Of a DNA stretch of 64,000 nucleotides, positions 38,838-50,804 are shown in pieces (position 1 is the stretch's first letter; each line of letters starts with the position of its first letter). Under the pieces are notes generated by a model. The model searched no databases, was not told the origin of the DNA, and worked only from the letters and a program-made list of their open reading frames with translations. The translations under genes were made by a program, and so were the position numbers. The stretch lies in assembly GCA_049999805.1 (NCBI GenBank), contig JBNGIO010006185.1:96170-160169 (forward strand), written 5' to 3'. Source of the stretch: Folioceros fuciformis (Eukaryota).

Positions 38838-40361
38838 ATGGGAGAAAATGGTCCTGCAATCAACTTGCATCTGCTTATGGGCAGCTGGGAGGAGGAACCT
38901 CTCCCGGGCCAGGGGGTCAGGGGCCCAGCCATAAAGGTCCCTCGTAGCCTCCCAGAGGACGTTGTGAGGAGAATCATCTCATTCACCCCATTTGTCGCGC
39001 AATTGAGGGCTAAGGTTATATCCAAGGAGTGCAAGAACACGATAGAGACAGCTGGTTTCCGGTGGCAGAGCACTGTAGCTGGAATGCCCACCCCTGCTGT
39101 TATATGTGCCTATGAAGTCATAGGAGGGGACCAACCAGGGCGTCATGAACTGCAGCTCCAGCCTTTCCCCGAAGGACCGAGGATATACTGCCAGTCATGG
39201 GTTGACGAGCCGGAGGAGCAGGAGGTGCCACGCAGGTGCGCTAGGAAGGTCAACAAACTCAACCTGGATTTCCTTCCCCAGAGGATGCGAAGCATACCCA
39301 CCTCTACTTTCCATGAGCCAGAAATGGTTTTCTTTGGCGATGGGATGATGTGCATCAAGAGATATGGACCAGAAGGGTGCATGATAATTATCAACGTGTT
39401 AAACAGGACATGGAGGAAGCTCCCCAAACCCAACGTACCAGAGATGTTGAAGGATCGGAAGATCTACAAGTACAAGGTAGAGGACATTACCTGTGATGTC
39501 GATAAGGATACCGCCACTTTCCAGATACTTCACTTCTTGCAGTGGTCTGATTACACCGAAAGCAGACATACGTGGTGTGTGGCCATATATACTTCTGAGA
39601 CCAATTCATGGAGAGTTGTCAGGGGGGACATGTTTAGAACTCCAAGACCCCCCACCCCCGATTACCAGAAGGCATTTGTGAGGGCCCTTGCTGAAGGCCA
39701 CCTCTACACCCTGTGCAGTCATGCCAATGGACGGCTCACAGTACACAGCCTAGACGATGGTACCCAGATGGAAGAGATCCATCCACGGGCACCACCTCAC
39801 CCGAAGTTATTGGACCTCCAAAAGGCAGGACTCAAGAGCCTTACGTATACGCACGGTGTTCGGCTACATGAATGGAAGGGCATTTGGTGTTACAGAGGGA
39901 TCCTGTATGCAGCAGTGACCTATATGGCCCAGGGAAATTTCCTGTGGGGAGTCACTATCCTCAGTCCGGATAAAAAGAGCTGGGGGAAAGCAAAGCTGCT
40001 TCGATGTGCTCCATGGCCCAATAAAGCAGGATGCCGAGGATTCACCTACAGCTGGGATGGACACGTTGGTCTCGCTGGACAATTCATATGGGTGTCTCGG
40101 TACTACATAACAGAGGAGAGCATGTCAGAAGCTGGACCCTCACATAGGCCTCCTCCCCCTGCCACAGACGGGAGCATAAATGAGATCATGCAGGACTGGC
40201 ATACACTGGCACTTTTTGACATTCACCAGGAATGTTGGATAGAAGTCTTGAACGACATCAGAGGCAAAGACTCGAGAAAACTATCTGTGTTCGAGCCCAA
40301 GGCCGTGCACATCCACCTGACCACCAGTGAGGACGCGTCTGGACTCAACGGCAGAAACTGA
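38838..40361 (+). CDS. F-box protein with divergent C-terminal (kelch/FBA-like) domain, single coding exon
   Basis: SLPEDVVRRIISFTPFVAQLRAKVISKECKNTI is an F-box. IINVLNRTWRKLP and IYTSETNSWR are typical of plant F-box beta-propeller proteins. Confidence 0.72.
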   Translation: MGENGPAINLHLLMGSWEEEPLPGQGVRGPAIKVPRSLPEDVVRRIISFTPFVAQLRAKVISKECKNTIETAGFRWQSTVAGMPTPAVICAYEVIGGDQPGRHELQLQPFPEGPRIYCQSWVDEPEEQEVPRRCARKVNKLNLDFLPQRMRSIPTSTFHEPEMVFFGDGMMCIKRYGPEGCMIIINVLNRTWRKLPKPNVPEMLKDRKIYKYKVEDITCDVDKDTATFQILHFLQWSDYTESRHTWCVAIYTSETNSWRVVRGDMFRTPRPPTPDYQKAFVRALAEGHLYTLCSHANGRLTVHSLDDGTQMEEIHPRAPPHPKLLDLQKAGLKSLTYTHGVRLHEWKGIWCYRGILYAAVTYMAQGNFLWGVTILSPDKKSWGKAKLLRCAPWPNKAGCRGFTYSWDGHVGLAGQFIWVSRYYITEESMSEAGPSHRPPPPATDGSINEIMQDWHTLALFDIHQECWIEVLNDIRGKDSRKLSVFEPKAVHIHLTTSEDASGLNGRN

Positions 40362-42047
40362 GGCTTTCTTCCGGTAAATTGTGAGCCTGATAACAAACGC
40401 ACTGGACTCATTACTGCTGAAGTTAGTAAGACCAAAAAGGAGGGGGATTGTCGAACTCTTCCATTACTTACGTGAATTTTCCGAGCCCTCCGAACTCTGC
40501 ATAACACACCACCTTGTTGTCTGTTTCCAGGTGGAGACCAGGTGCTCGAAGTGAAGACACTGCCAGACACCTGCAGCAAACGTTCAGCAACATGCGAGGC
40601 AGTAGTGGATCAGCTACAAGGGGATAAGCTGTTAGTGGAAGAATCATCAGCCACCTGTGCCCTGCAATACTTTCAACTTGGTTGAAAGTCGTAAGTCACA
40701 AGGAAAACCCCAACGACACTCCCCTAAATGTGTTTATTTCGAATTAGCGAATTGTGACAACTTGATGATCGCCTCCGAAATTTCATGGTGTTCTCACTTC
40801 AGGCCACGCAAAAAGACGGGCTCTACGACGCACCTACGATTCGAGCACAAATGTGCTCACTTCTCCACAAATCCTGAAACCAGGAACCCGTGCACAGAAA
40901 GCTCCTTCCAATTGACACCCCACCGCCACCAATCGTCGCTTGCGACTTGTGCCCGTGGTGAGCTGCAAACGGATTGAACCACAGCCGTGACTAAAATGCT
41001 TTTGCGTTTCCCGCAAACCACCCTAAGTCACCAACTACACACCAATAGTAACCTCGCAACACACAGTGTCCTGGACCTCAAATGTGTGAGAAGAAGGAGA
41101 TGGTAAGATAGTTCCATAAGCAGAAAGCACCTCAAGAGACAGCTCCTAAACCGCAAAGGGACGAAGAGGTCATCTCCAGATTCACAGCCGATGCCGAGGT
41201 GGTTCCAAGGGCACAAGCACGTAGTGGCATGGTTCCAGAGACAGTGCACGGCGCGTTCAGACCCGTCCTTGTGTGAATTAAAAGCTGTAGCTAGGGCATT
41301 CATAATGTGGAAAATTAGGGTTCCGTGCATGCCGGGTTCTTGAAGTAACGGTTGTTGCATGCCCTTATAGTTAGCACTGACAGACGTACATATGTATGTA
41401 GTACATACATACGTACATATGTATGTAGTATATACATACATGCCTTTTTAAGTCCATAAGTCTTGGCACATAAGTATGTAAACTAGGAACTTTCTAGTTC
41501 CTTTCTAGTTCCTTTCTAGTTCCTTTCAAGCACATATTCAAGACATGGACATATTCACACTCACAACCCACCTATCAAAAGTTTCTTTTAGCCATGAATA
41601 AGTAGTGTTAGTTGCTTGAGTGAATGACAAGGTTTTCTATTATTGAAAAAGAGATGAAAAGCCTCATTTGGTCCATAGCAGAAAATCCCATGTGGGGCTA
41701 AAAGGGTATTAGCCCTTTCGACCATCATTCTCAAAAACTAATGTATGCTCCCAAAATGTTGTGATATAGAATAACAAAAGGCCTACCTACCACCGGTGTC
41801 GAAGTTGAAGCCAAAAAGGTACTAGGCCAAAAGGTACTAGTCGCTTCGAACATCAGTCTCAAAAATAATTATTGCTCCCAAAATATATATGAAAAAAAAA
41901 GGTCTAACTACCACTCATAGCGAAGCCATTCTAAAAATTGCATGGACCAATGTTCTTTACAAAGCAATAAATATACATTATTGAAAGAAGAATGTGATAG
42001 AGGAAAGAAGAAGAACACCATTTCTAAGACTCTGATACATCTTTGTG

Positions 42048-42131
42048 TGCCCTTGCTATGGAGATCCATAGAGTCATGGACAAAGACTTCTTTCCTTGTC
42101 CATGACTCTATGGATCTCCATAGCAAGGGCA
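42048..42131. repeat. Perfect 36-bp inverted repeat with 12-nt loop
   Basis: tgcccttgctatggagatccatagagtcatggacaa (42048-42083) is the exact reverse complement of 42096-42131. Confidence 0.95.
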
Positions 42132-42360
42132 TGAAAATATGTTTGTTTTGCAAAGAGAATACTTATGGACTCTGGCCCTTGCACAACCCTTCACCGCCCA
42201 TATGGAGGGCTGATGATAACGTGAGGGCTAATGATAACGTGAGGGCTAATGATAACGATAACGTGCTTGCAAATCAAATCCCTGATGGGACTTTACAACC
42301 ACATCAACCCACAAACTTATTTCGTTTAGTGAAAAAAAGGTCGGCTCTAAGTGAAACCTC

Positions 42361-42575
42361 GTTGTGTTGATGACAGCGTGTCGTTGTGTTGATGACAGCG
42401 TGTCGTTGTGTTGATGACAGCGTGTCGTTGTGTTGATGACAACATTGTTGTGTTGATGATAGCGTGTCGTTGTGTTGATGACAACGTTGTTGTGTTGATG
42501 ACAACGTTGTTGTGTTGATGACAGCGTGTCATTGTGTTGATGACAAACGTGTCATTGTGTTGATGACAACGTGTC
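42361..42575. repeat. ~21-23-bp minisatellite (~10 copies)
   Basis: Unit gttgtgttgatgaca(g/a)cgtgtc. Confidence 0.9.
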
Positions 42576-43676
42576 GCAAATTGAATTTCTAATGGAACTC
42601 GTAACAACCATATCAACCCATAAACTTATTCCTTCTAGTGAAAAAAAAAAAAAAGCTCGACTCTAAGTGAAACCTCGTTGTATACAATATATGGACATCC
42701 CTCTACGCAAAATCGAATTTCTAACAGGATTCGTAACAACCATATCAACCCACAAACTTATTCCTTCTAGTGAAAAAAAAAAAAGCTCGACTCTAAGTGA
42801 AACCTAATTGTATAAAGTATATGGACATTCCTTTACCCAAAATACCCATATTGGTTGAGTTAGGGTTTTAAGAATGATATTAAAGGGCTAGTACCTTTTT
42901 GGCCTTTGCTTTCTTGGTTGTTCCTCTTCAAGTATATAGGATTTTACATCTCTTTTTTTATAATAAAAAGAATATTAAATATGAATAAGTTAGGGTTAGG
43001 GTTTAAGACATTGTACCGTATAATTATGCACAAGTTAGTTTGAAGTGCTTGATACGTGGTCTTGTACATGGTCCTGTCTTTGTAACATATCCATACAAAA
43101 CAGATCCCGACCCTGAATATCACTTTCTCCAGTGCAGGGTTCCGGGAAAAAGAAAAGGCTAACGAAGACATGACTTGCTATGTGTTCTCCATGTGAACTC
43201 AGAACAGAGGCGCCTTTGTACCTACCGGGCTCAGAATACAAGAAAGGAATGGCTCCCCCGTCCACCAGGCACGAGGTAAATGAGTCACCCACGGGTAAGA
43301 TGAAGCTAAGTGAAAGGCGTCTTGCCAATATCCCGCTGCCATAAAACCTCCTACCCCCTTATGATCACAACATAGTTTAGCCTGCTTGACACATTGTGTC
43401 AAGAGCAGCACTCCCTCGTCAAGCACACCACAAAGCAAGGCAGTATGTAGGGAGTTACTGCTGATTAAGGGACCTCACTAAGGACAGTGCCACTCTCTGT
43501 AGCCAAACCACCCCGAAGGCTGTTTTGGCCACGGAGAAGCAGGAACATGCACGTCGGGCTGTACTTCGAACCGGTACCCAATCTGATCTAAGAAGCCACA
43601 GCCTGTGACATGGAAGACTTCTCGCGATCCTGTACACCCCAAAGCTTGAATTTTATACATAGCACTACTGCGGCGT

Positions 43677-45527
43677 CTAGGGGATGGGATGATATTGACC
43701 AGGGGCTCGTTTTGGCGGTAATTTCCTCAAGATGTAGAGAACAAGCGCAGATGGGATGATCTCCACGCACTGTCAAACGCATCCACACAACATTCATTGT
43801 TAATTTGAACGCTAAACCCTGTGAAGTAAAAACCATCCCCAAACACAGTCACGGGGAATGGGGTTGAAAGCTACCGAGTAGTAGATGGCATTCAAGATGG
43901 GATGACTCATAATATCAAGGTCTCCCTTGCTGTTGAAGGCAGAAAAGGCCATCTGCCACAACATCAACACAGACGGAAGATCCTCGTTACTTTCTTGAAA
44001 CAAGAGTGCCACTTTCACCTCCGCCAATGCACAGGTAGTCATGACGTGCTTACCATAATCGACCGAACTGCGAAACAGGTGAAACATATGGCAGTGACGC
44101 TTCCAACCTGCAAAGAAGACCGGGAGGAACACGTAAGCAGCAGGATCTACACATAATAGGAAGGCAACGATGACGGTCAACACAAACCTCCTTCAGTTTC
44201 TTCCGACGACCTTTAGACTCAATCGGAAATCGCCTTAGGAGATCAAATAGCCGTCCTCCATACTTCAGGAACCCAATGGCTGCAGCAAGTGAGACCCCTG
44301 CAACGTGCAAAGTGGTGTCAATGTTGATACCACAACATACACATCCGCACTGCAAGAAACAGGTGAGCTTTAACGGATGCAAACAGACCAGCGAAAAACA
44401 ACTTGGAAATTTCCTCCACGGCCTTGCTTGGCCACAGCCATAGATAAACCCATATACAACCCTGGAGAAAAGAGCACACAACAAACAAAATGAGACAACA
44501 CACCAAATAAGCTGCACAGAGCGGGAAAACAAGAACAGCACCAGGTATACCTGGATGACATAAATGGCAGCATTTGTCACCAAGAACACAGGGCGCAGGC
44601 TGTCTGGTGGGAGCCCACTAGCCTGAGGCAGCCAGGTACGTCGGTCAAACAACATGAGTACAGAATACAGTTGAGTTGAAGAGCCCTTATTGTTTTCTCA
44701 AGAAAATAACCGGGCCCGTCTCATACCTGGTGATAAATCTCGGCCCAGAAAAGCACCAAGAGGGTGTATGTTGTGAAAAAAACGAGCCCTGGGAGATCCA
44801 AAAGGACGTATTGCACGATCTGACCAACACCACAGAGACACACAATAAACCATAGTGCAAAGGCTGGCACACGTGCTGATACCGTGACGACGAGTCCCAC
44901 ACTGAGGCACACGAATAGGCACAAACTAGCAGCCAGTGAGCTATGCAACACAACGAACTCACAGAAACAGAGTGTTGTTACCTTTGGCTCCAGCTGCTGA
45001 ACATCTCGTCGGAACAGGAAGACGAAAGCCCGAACTGAAAACTCCAAAAGGAAAGATGAAGATATGAGCACGTGAAAGAGCGCACTTGGACAGACATTCA
45101 GTACGTCGGAGCAGCAGCAACAGGTACATGGCCAAGGCCTCACCGACATTCACGACGAAATTCAGGAGATGGAACACCTTCTGGGTAGTCCATCCATATT
45201 CAGGAACCCGGCGCTGGATTCGTATGAGTTGAACCTAAAGCGCCAAAAATAAAATAAATAAAATTTCCAAGCACAGGGTCAGGGTTTAACAGAACAAAAA
45301 AAAACAAAAAAACCGGCATCCTCCGAGGACTCGAAGCACGCCGCACGCTCCCATCACGACGACAGCACCATACGTACAAGGGCGACGAGCGTGATGAGGG
45401 CGTAAACAGCTGCCAAGATGTAGAAAACCCGGTCCTGCCAGACCGCCGACTCGTTCACGCGCCTCCACCAATCGGCAGCTGATCCCACTGTCCCGGCCAG
45501 CATCACTAAGGGCCATCCCTCTTCCAT
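43677..45527 (-). CDS. TOM1: Tobamovirus multiplication protein 1/3 family (DUF1084) membrane protein, multi-exon
   Basis: [103 protein letters not shown]. Confidence 0.92.
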
Positions 45528-46899
45528 GCTAAACCCTGCTCCTAAAATACGATACAGTCCAGGTGATCCTCTATCCCCTGATGCAAGAGCTTCCACCCCG
45601 CGCTGCCTCCGATATCCCTGAAATCCGCCCGAACACTCCGCTTCAATGCTACCCTCACCCGAACCGGCACGACAGATCAACACCACGATCCAGGCCGCAA
45701 ACTTCCAGACCCAGGCATCCGCAACTAACCCTGCCACACACACAATCCTCACCAGGAACGCACGCCCTATCCCAACTCCATCACACTCCGGCAGCCGACA
45801 TGCATCCACATAGAAAAACCCCGCCTCCGTCCCCGAGATCCCGTGAGGAATCCCGGGGCCCGGGGAGGTACGTCAGGCACAGGCATACGACGCGAATTGC
45901 ACCTGCGTCGGCGGGGATGGAATTCCGGCTTGCTCACTTACAAGCCTTCTTGCTCCACCGTGCGGGGACCTCAGAAGCGAGATCGGGCGGAGATGACGGC
46001 GCGGGCTGCGGGGGCGGGTGCCATCCGGTGGCGAGGCAAGGCAGAAATGGAGGTGGACACGGAAGCGGAGGAGCGCATTGCCATAGCCCTGCGGGCTCTC
46101 GCCTCACCCACTCCTGCCGCGGCTGCTGTTGCCAGAAATGGCTAAGTAAAAAATGATTTGAGGAGCGGGCGGGCGGATGCTCGAGCCTGCTAACCCAGTC
46201 TGCTGGTTGGGTTTAGTAAGCCCCGGGTTGTACTCAACTCGCCACAAACAACCATTCTCGGTCTTTCGTGGAACTAATCACCGGGAGAGGTAAGGATGCC
46301 CGTCTACCGGGGACGGGCATATGCCTGTGCTGCCGGGCCCACCATGGATGGAATGGCGCATGTGGGTGGGGTCTCTGGCTGAAGCAGGTGGCACCCAGAG
46401 TTGCAGTCTGCCGTGTCCTGCCAAACATGCACCGCGTGGCACATGGCACTTTGCACATCCTCTCACCCCGTTTCTTTCCTTTCCGCAATATTCCGCTTCT
46501 TCAGCATTTGAAAGTTTGAAAAACTACTTTCTCGGTCAAGGAATCACCCATATTTCAAATCCGCAATATTTGGAATAAGAACCTTAAATTCTTATTCTAA
46601 TATCAATGAGGGCTTCCGAGTCCACGTTTGAAATTTTGAAGTAAGCCTTCATTTTGATAAAAAGTGAAATGCAAACAAAGCCTTAGTAGTTAGCAAAGCT
46701 TGGAAGACAAAGTCTTCCCTTACAAAGATGAACTACTTGGAGCCTCATTGTCTTTTGACCATTTTAGGCTTTCGTCCTCGTAAACGAATGTAAGTGAAAC
46801 TGGTAATAGATAAACTATTCTACTCATAGCTTGACCTTGAGACAATCAAGGGACATCATGAATTCTTTATACAATTAAGACTTACATTTCTAATTACAC

Positions 46900-49710
46900 T
46901 TGGAATTCACGCAAAGCCATAGTCTTCTTACTTGAATGATAAACAGCAGAGTGCAATTTCTTGACAATCTTGTCCGCCACCTTAAAGTCAAGAACCTTGA
47001 CAGCCTTTGCAACTACAAGGCCATAGTCTTTTTACTTGAATGATAAACAGCAGAGTACAATTTCTTGACAATCTTGTTTGCCACCTTAAAGTCAAGAACC
47101 TTAACAGCCTTTGCAACTACAAGCACCCTGTGGTGAGTAACATAATGAGTTTAAGCAAAATACAAATTCTCGTTACGCAAAAACGCCTTCGCCCTTGCTA
47201 ATCATGACTGATGTTCCATCGCTTGTAAATCCTTTTTTTTTTTTCATATCCAAATTTAAGAGTTATAATTTCTCAATCAAGGTGTTAAAGATTCCTTTTG
47301 CACGTGCACTTATTGTGTTGACTAGGTTCAAAACCTCCATTTGTACAATCCCATTATACAAATAATACACATAAATAATTATGTATTGGACCATCGCCTT
47401 GTCTATCTCCTTATTTATAAGTATCTCAGACTATGGATTTGGATGCAACCTCTCTTTTTGTTATTTGTGTAAACAATTGGCTATGATACACATAAATAAT
47501 TATGTATTGGACCATCACCTTGTCTATCTCCTTATCTATAAGTATCTCTCATACTATGGACTTGGATGCAACCTCTCTTTTTGTTATTTGTGTAAACAAT
47601 TGGCTATGAGAACCATGTGCTCCTCGCAAGCATTATCTGTAAGATATGAATCATATGTCTTTACCTCTGGAATATCTTTCACTCCACTATCCCTCGTGGA
47701 ATTATAATGGGTCCTCGTACATATGGAAACTCAAATCCTTCATAACAATGAAATAGATAAACTTCAAAAAGTTGAGGGTTTAGGGTTTAGGGTAACAGGA
47801 CAAACTAAGGTGTAACAGGACAAACTAAGGACAAACTAAGGTTGCCGGTATCTTTTTTTGGAAAAATACAATGCCAAAGTTCGTTGCATGGTTGGTTGTT
47901 GAGCATGGGCTTGGGCTTGCTCCATCTTTAATGATGCTAAACAATATGTACTCCTTGCATGGTTCTCTAATGCACTTTTATAGAAGCTTTGACTACCAAC
48001 TTTTATCTAAGCTTTAGCGAAAACCTTAGTTTGTCCTGTTACACCTTGACCATGTTTTTCACAAACAACATAAAACATTTGATTTTCTCCATTAATTGGA
48101 TGCAACTCCACCCAATGAAGAGTCTTATCTTTTGCACCTTTCGTTTCTTTTGACTCGGTTGGCTTGTTTGGCTATTATCGCACCTCTTTGTTTGGTTATC
48201 ATGTACAGCCCCTCCAAAAAAACTAAACGCCAAACTTTAAGAAAAAATGAGCCCTCTTTAACTACAATTGTTTTTTAAAATAATGTAGAATATGAAGAGC
48301 CAAAAAATAAAGCTTTAAAATATATGAGCTCGAAAAGAGATGAGCTGTAGAAAAGAAAAACTCTAACCTCAAAAAGTTTTAAAATAGATGAGCTCAAAAA
48401 AGAGATGAGCTGTAGAAAAGAAAAACTCTAAGCTCAAAAAGCTTTAAAAAAAACTCTAAGCTCAAAAAGCTTTAAAATAGATGAGCTGTAGAAAAGAAAA
48501 ACTCTAAGCTCAAAAAGAAATGAGCTCTAGAAAAGAAAAACGCTTACCAAGAAAGAACAACAAAGAATAGGGAAGAAGAATAAAGAATAAGAAAGAAGAA
48601 AAAGAAGCACACCAATCACAATGAGTGATACTCCAAATGCTAGTGTTGTAGCCTTATGTAGTCTTGAAGGATGTCTATTTATAGCACGATAGGATAAGAG
48701 TTTTATGTAAGCTTATGGTTGGGATGCCATTTCTTAGTCCATCTTCATGGATGAGTGTGTGCATATAAACAAATTATTGTGTATATTAATAATTATATTT
48801 AAATTTTATTTTCTATTATTAAAAAAAGATAAAAAGTCTCATCTACTCCAAAGATTGGAGCAACAACTCGAATAGGGCCAAAGGCCAAAAGGGTACTAGC
48901 TTCTTCCAACATCATTCTTAAAAGCTACCTACTATTCCCAAAATGTCATGATGTGGAATAACAAAAGGCCTACTTACCATCCCATCATGTTGAAGACGCC
49001 ACTTGACCTACGCTTGTTGCTGTTCCAAAAACCTTCGACATCGCTTGACCTACGCTTGTTGCTGCTCTAGAAACCTTCGAGGCCGCTTGACCTATGCTTG
49101 TTGCTGTTCTAAAAACCTTCAACACCGCTTGACCTACGCTTGTTGCTATTCTAAAAATTGCGTCGACTAATGCTGTTTGCAAAATAATGTTTACACGTTG
49201 TCGAAAGAAGGCCTTATAGAGGAGAGTTGGTAGCCTCATAGGACATACTTTGGTACACTATTGAGCTTTTCTTGTTCTTTAGTGAGAGCAAGTCTATTCT
49301 AAAATATGTTATACAAGTTCCTTAATGCGTAAGTCTATTCCAAATATGATATACAAGTTCCCTAATGCGCAAGTAGAAACCTTGAATGCTTCAAACTTCA
49401 AAGAAGATGGAAACTTCAAAGTGATCTAACCAAAGATATATACAGTTTATTTAGAAGAATATATAATTAAAATATATATTTGAATTGTAAAAAAACTCTT
49501 AAATTCATTTTAAAATACGAATTACTTACTATCTCACTTTTTTTATAAAGTTTTCTTACTACCCCTATTCAAAGATGGTATATTATGCAAACCCCATAGC
49601 CACATCACAAAGAAAAAAAGCTAACATGGACGATAATAGATACAAAAAGAATTCGATTGTGCCCTAAGGACGATAATAGATACAAAAAGAATTCGATTGT
49701 GCCCTAATAG
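46900..49710. repeat. AT-rich repeat-derived region with multiple tandem duplications
   Basis: Duplications at ~46915/47020 (~105 bp), ~47365/47486 (~120 bp), 48300-48540 (gatgagctgtagaaaagaaaaactctaa), 49000-49155 (gacctacgcttgttgctgttc) and 49628/49668. Confidence 0.75.
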
Positions 49711-50101
49711 GGAAGAAATTGAATGGACGGCAAGCCCGTTCAACGGTCATTCTTTAACTGACCGCATATCACAATTTGCAAATTGTTGCTACAATCCCTT
49801 CAGGGATTGTAGTCTTCATAGTTAAAGAATGATCGAAAGTTAGAAGATATGCATGGTAATGTCCCATGGGGTCAACCACCAACGAGAGCCCTCCACCACA
49901 GAGGGGGCTTCACCTCTTCAAAGGGCTTCGAGAAACGAGCTGCCGCACCACGAATCTTGTCCCTAGTAGGACAGGACAGGACGACGCATAAAAAATATCA
50001 CGCAACCATGGCCAGCAGTTCCAGCAGCTCAAGCTGATCTGCCTCAATTTTGCACCTTGATTCCTCAGAAGTTGGGAGCAGAGCAACGAATCTGGAAGGA
50101 A

Positions 50102-50626
50102 TCAAAAGCAACAATCACAGTCAAAAGGGCAAAGAGACGTGCCGCCGGAATCCTTCTTGAGCCCCAGCTCCTCTTCAGAGTACACGGTGAAGCCTTCCGC
50201 AGTCTTCCTCCTTGCTTTGGCGGGAACAGTAGGAGCGCCCCTTTCGCTTTCCCTATCTCGAGTTTTTTGCTTCGCCTGTTTCTTCCCCGTTTGCAGTTTC
50301 GGAGATTTGTTGCGGCTAGCATCGGCCTCATGGCTGTCATCGGCTTGCGAAGGTCGCCGCTTCCGCTTTCTCTGAGCGAAAATCGTCTCTATCTCATCGA
50401 CCTCATTTGCATCCGGATGCTGGTCTTTCTCGTTTCTGGCAGCCTCCACATNNNNNNNNNNNNNNNNNNNNNNNNNNNNNNNNNNNNNNNNNNNNNNNNN
50501 NNNNNNNNNNNNNNNNNNNNNNNNNNNNNNNNNNNNNNNNNNNNNNNNNNNCTCGTTTCTGGCAGGCTCCACATCCACGGTCGCTTCCTGAAGGCGTTTG
50601 GCCTTGCTACGCTTCTTCAACCCCAT
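50102..50626 (-). CDS. DUF1764 family protein (spans a 100-N gap)
   Basis: EVDEIETIF and the C-terminal RRKTAEGFTVYSEEELG...GGTSLCPFDCDCCF* are DUF1764 hallmarks. Confidence 0.88.
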   Translation of the reverse strand: MGLKKRSKAKRLQEATVDVEPARNEXXXXXXXXXXXXXXXXXXXXXXXXXXXXXXXXXXVEAARNEKDQHPDANEVDEIETIFAQRKRKRRPSQADDSHEADASRNKSPKLQTGKKQAKQKTRDRESERGAPTVPAKARRKTAEGFTVYSEEELGLKKDSGGTSLCPFDCDCCF

Positions 50627-50804
50627 GGCGGCAACTGCCGCGCGTAAAGCTTACTCCGCGACTTGATCGTCAAAGTCTCACATGACCTCAGTTTTGCATT
50701 TCGAGTACTAGCATATATATTTCAAGTATATATAGACAAAGTTTCGAGATTGTTTTAGTAGTCTCCAATTCGGCGCCGCAGGGTTTCTGTTTCTGGCAGC
50801 AAGT

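Larger units (their letters stand above)
41690..42905. mobile_element. AT-rich non-autonomous element with inverted subterminal repeats
   Basis: ggctaaaagggtattagccctttcgaccatcattctcaaaaactaa (~41696) is inverted at ~42860-42905. The same motif recurs at ~48880 and ~63210. Internal tandem arrays; no ORF. Confidence 0.5.

Noticed and set aside
47776-47793. TTTAGGG telomere-like repeats (also ~42990)
   Set aside because: Only 2-3 units. Telo-box or chance, not an interstitial telomere array.
50452-50551. N runs (also 36306-36315) as biological features
   Set aside because: Assembly gaps. The duplicated flanks indicate collapsed tandem repeats, so lengths across them are uncertain.
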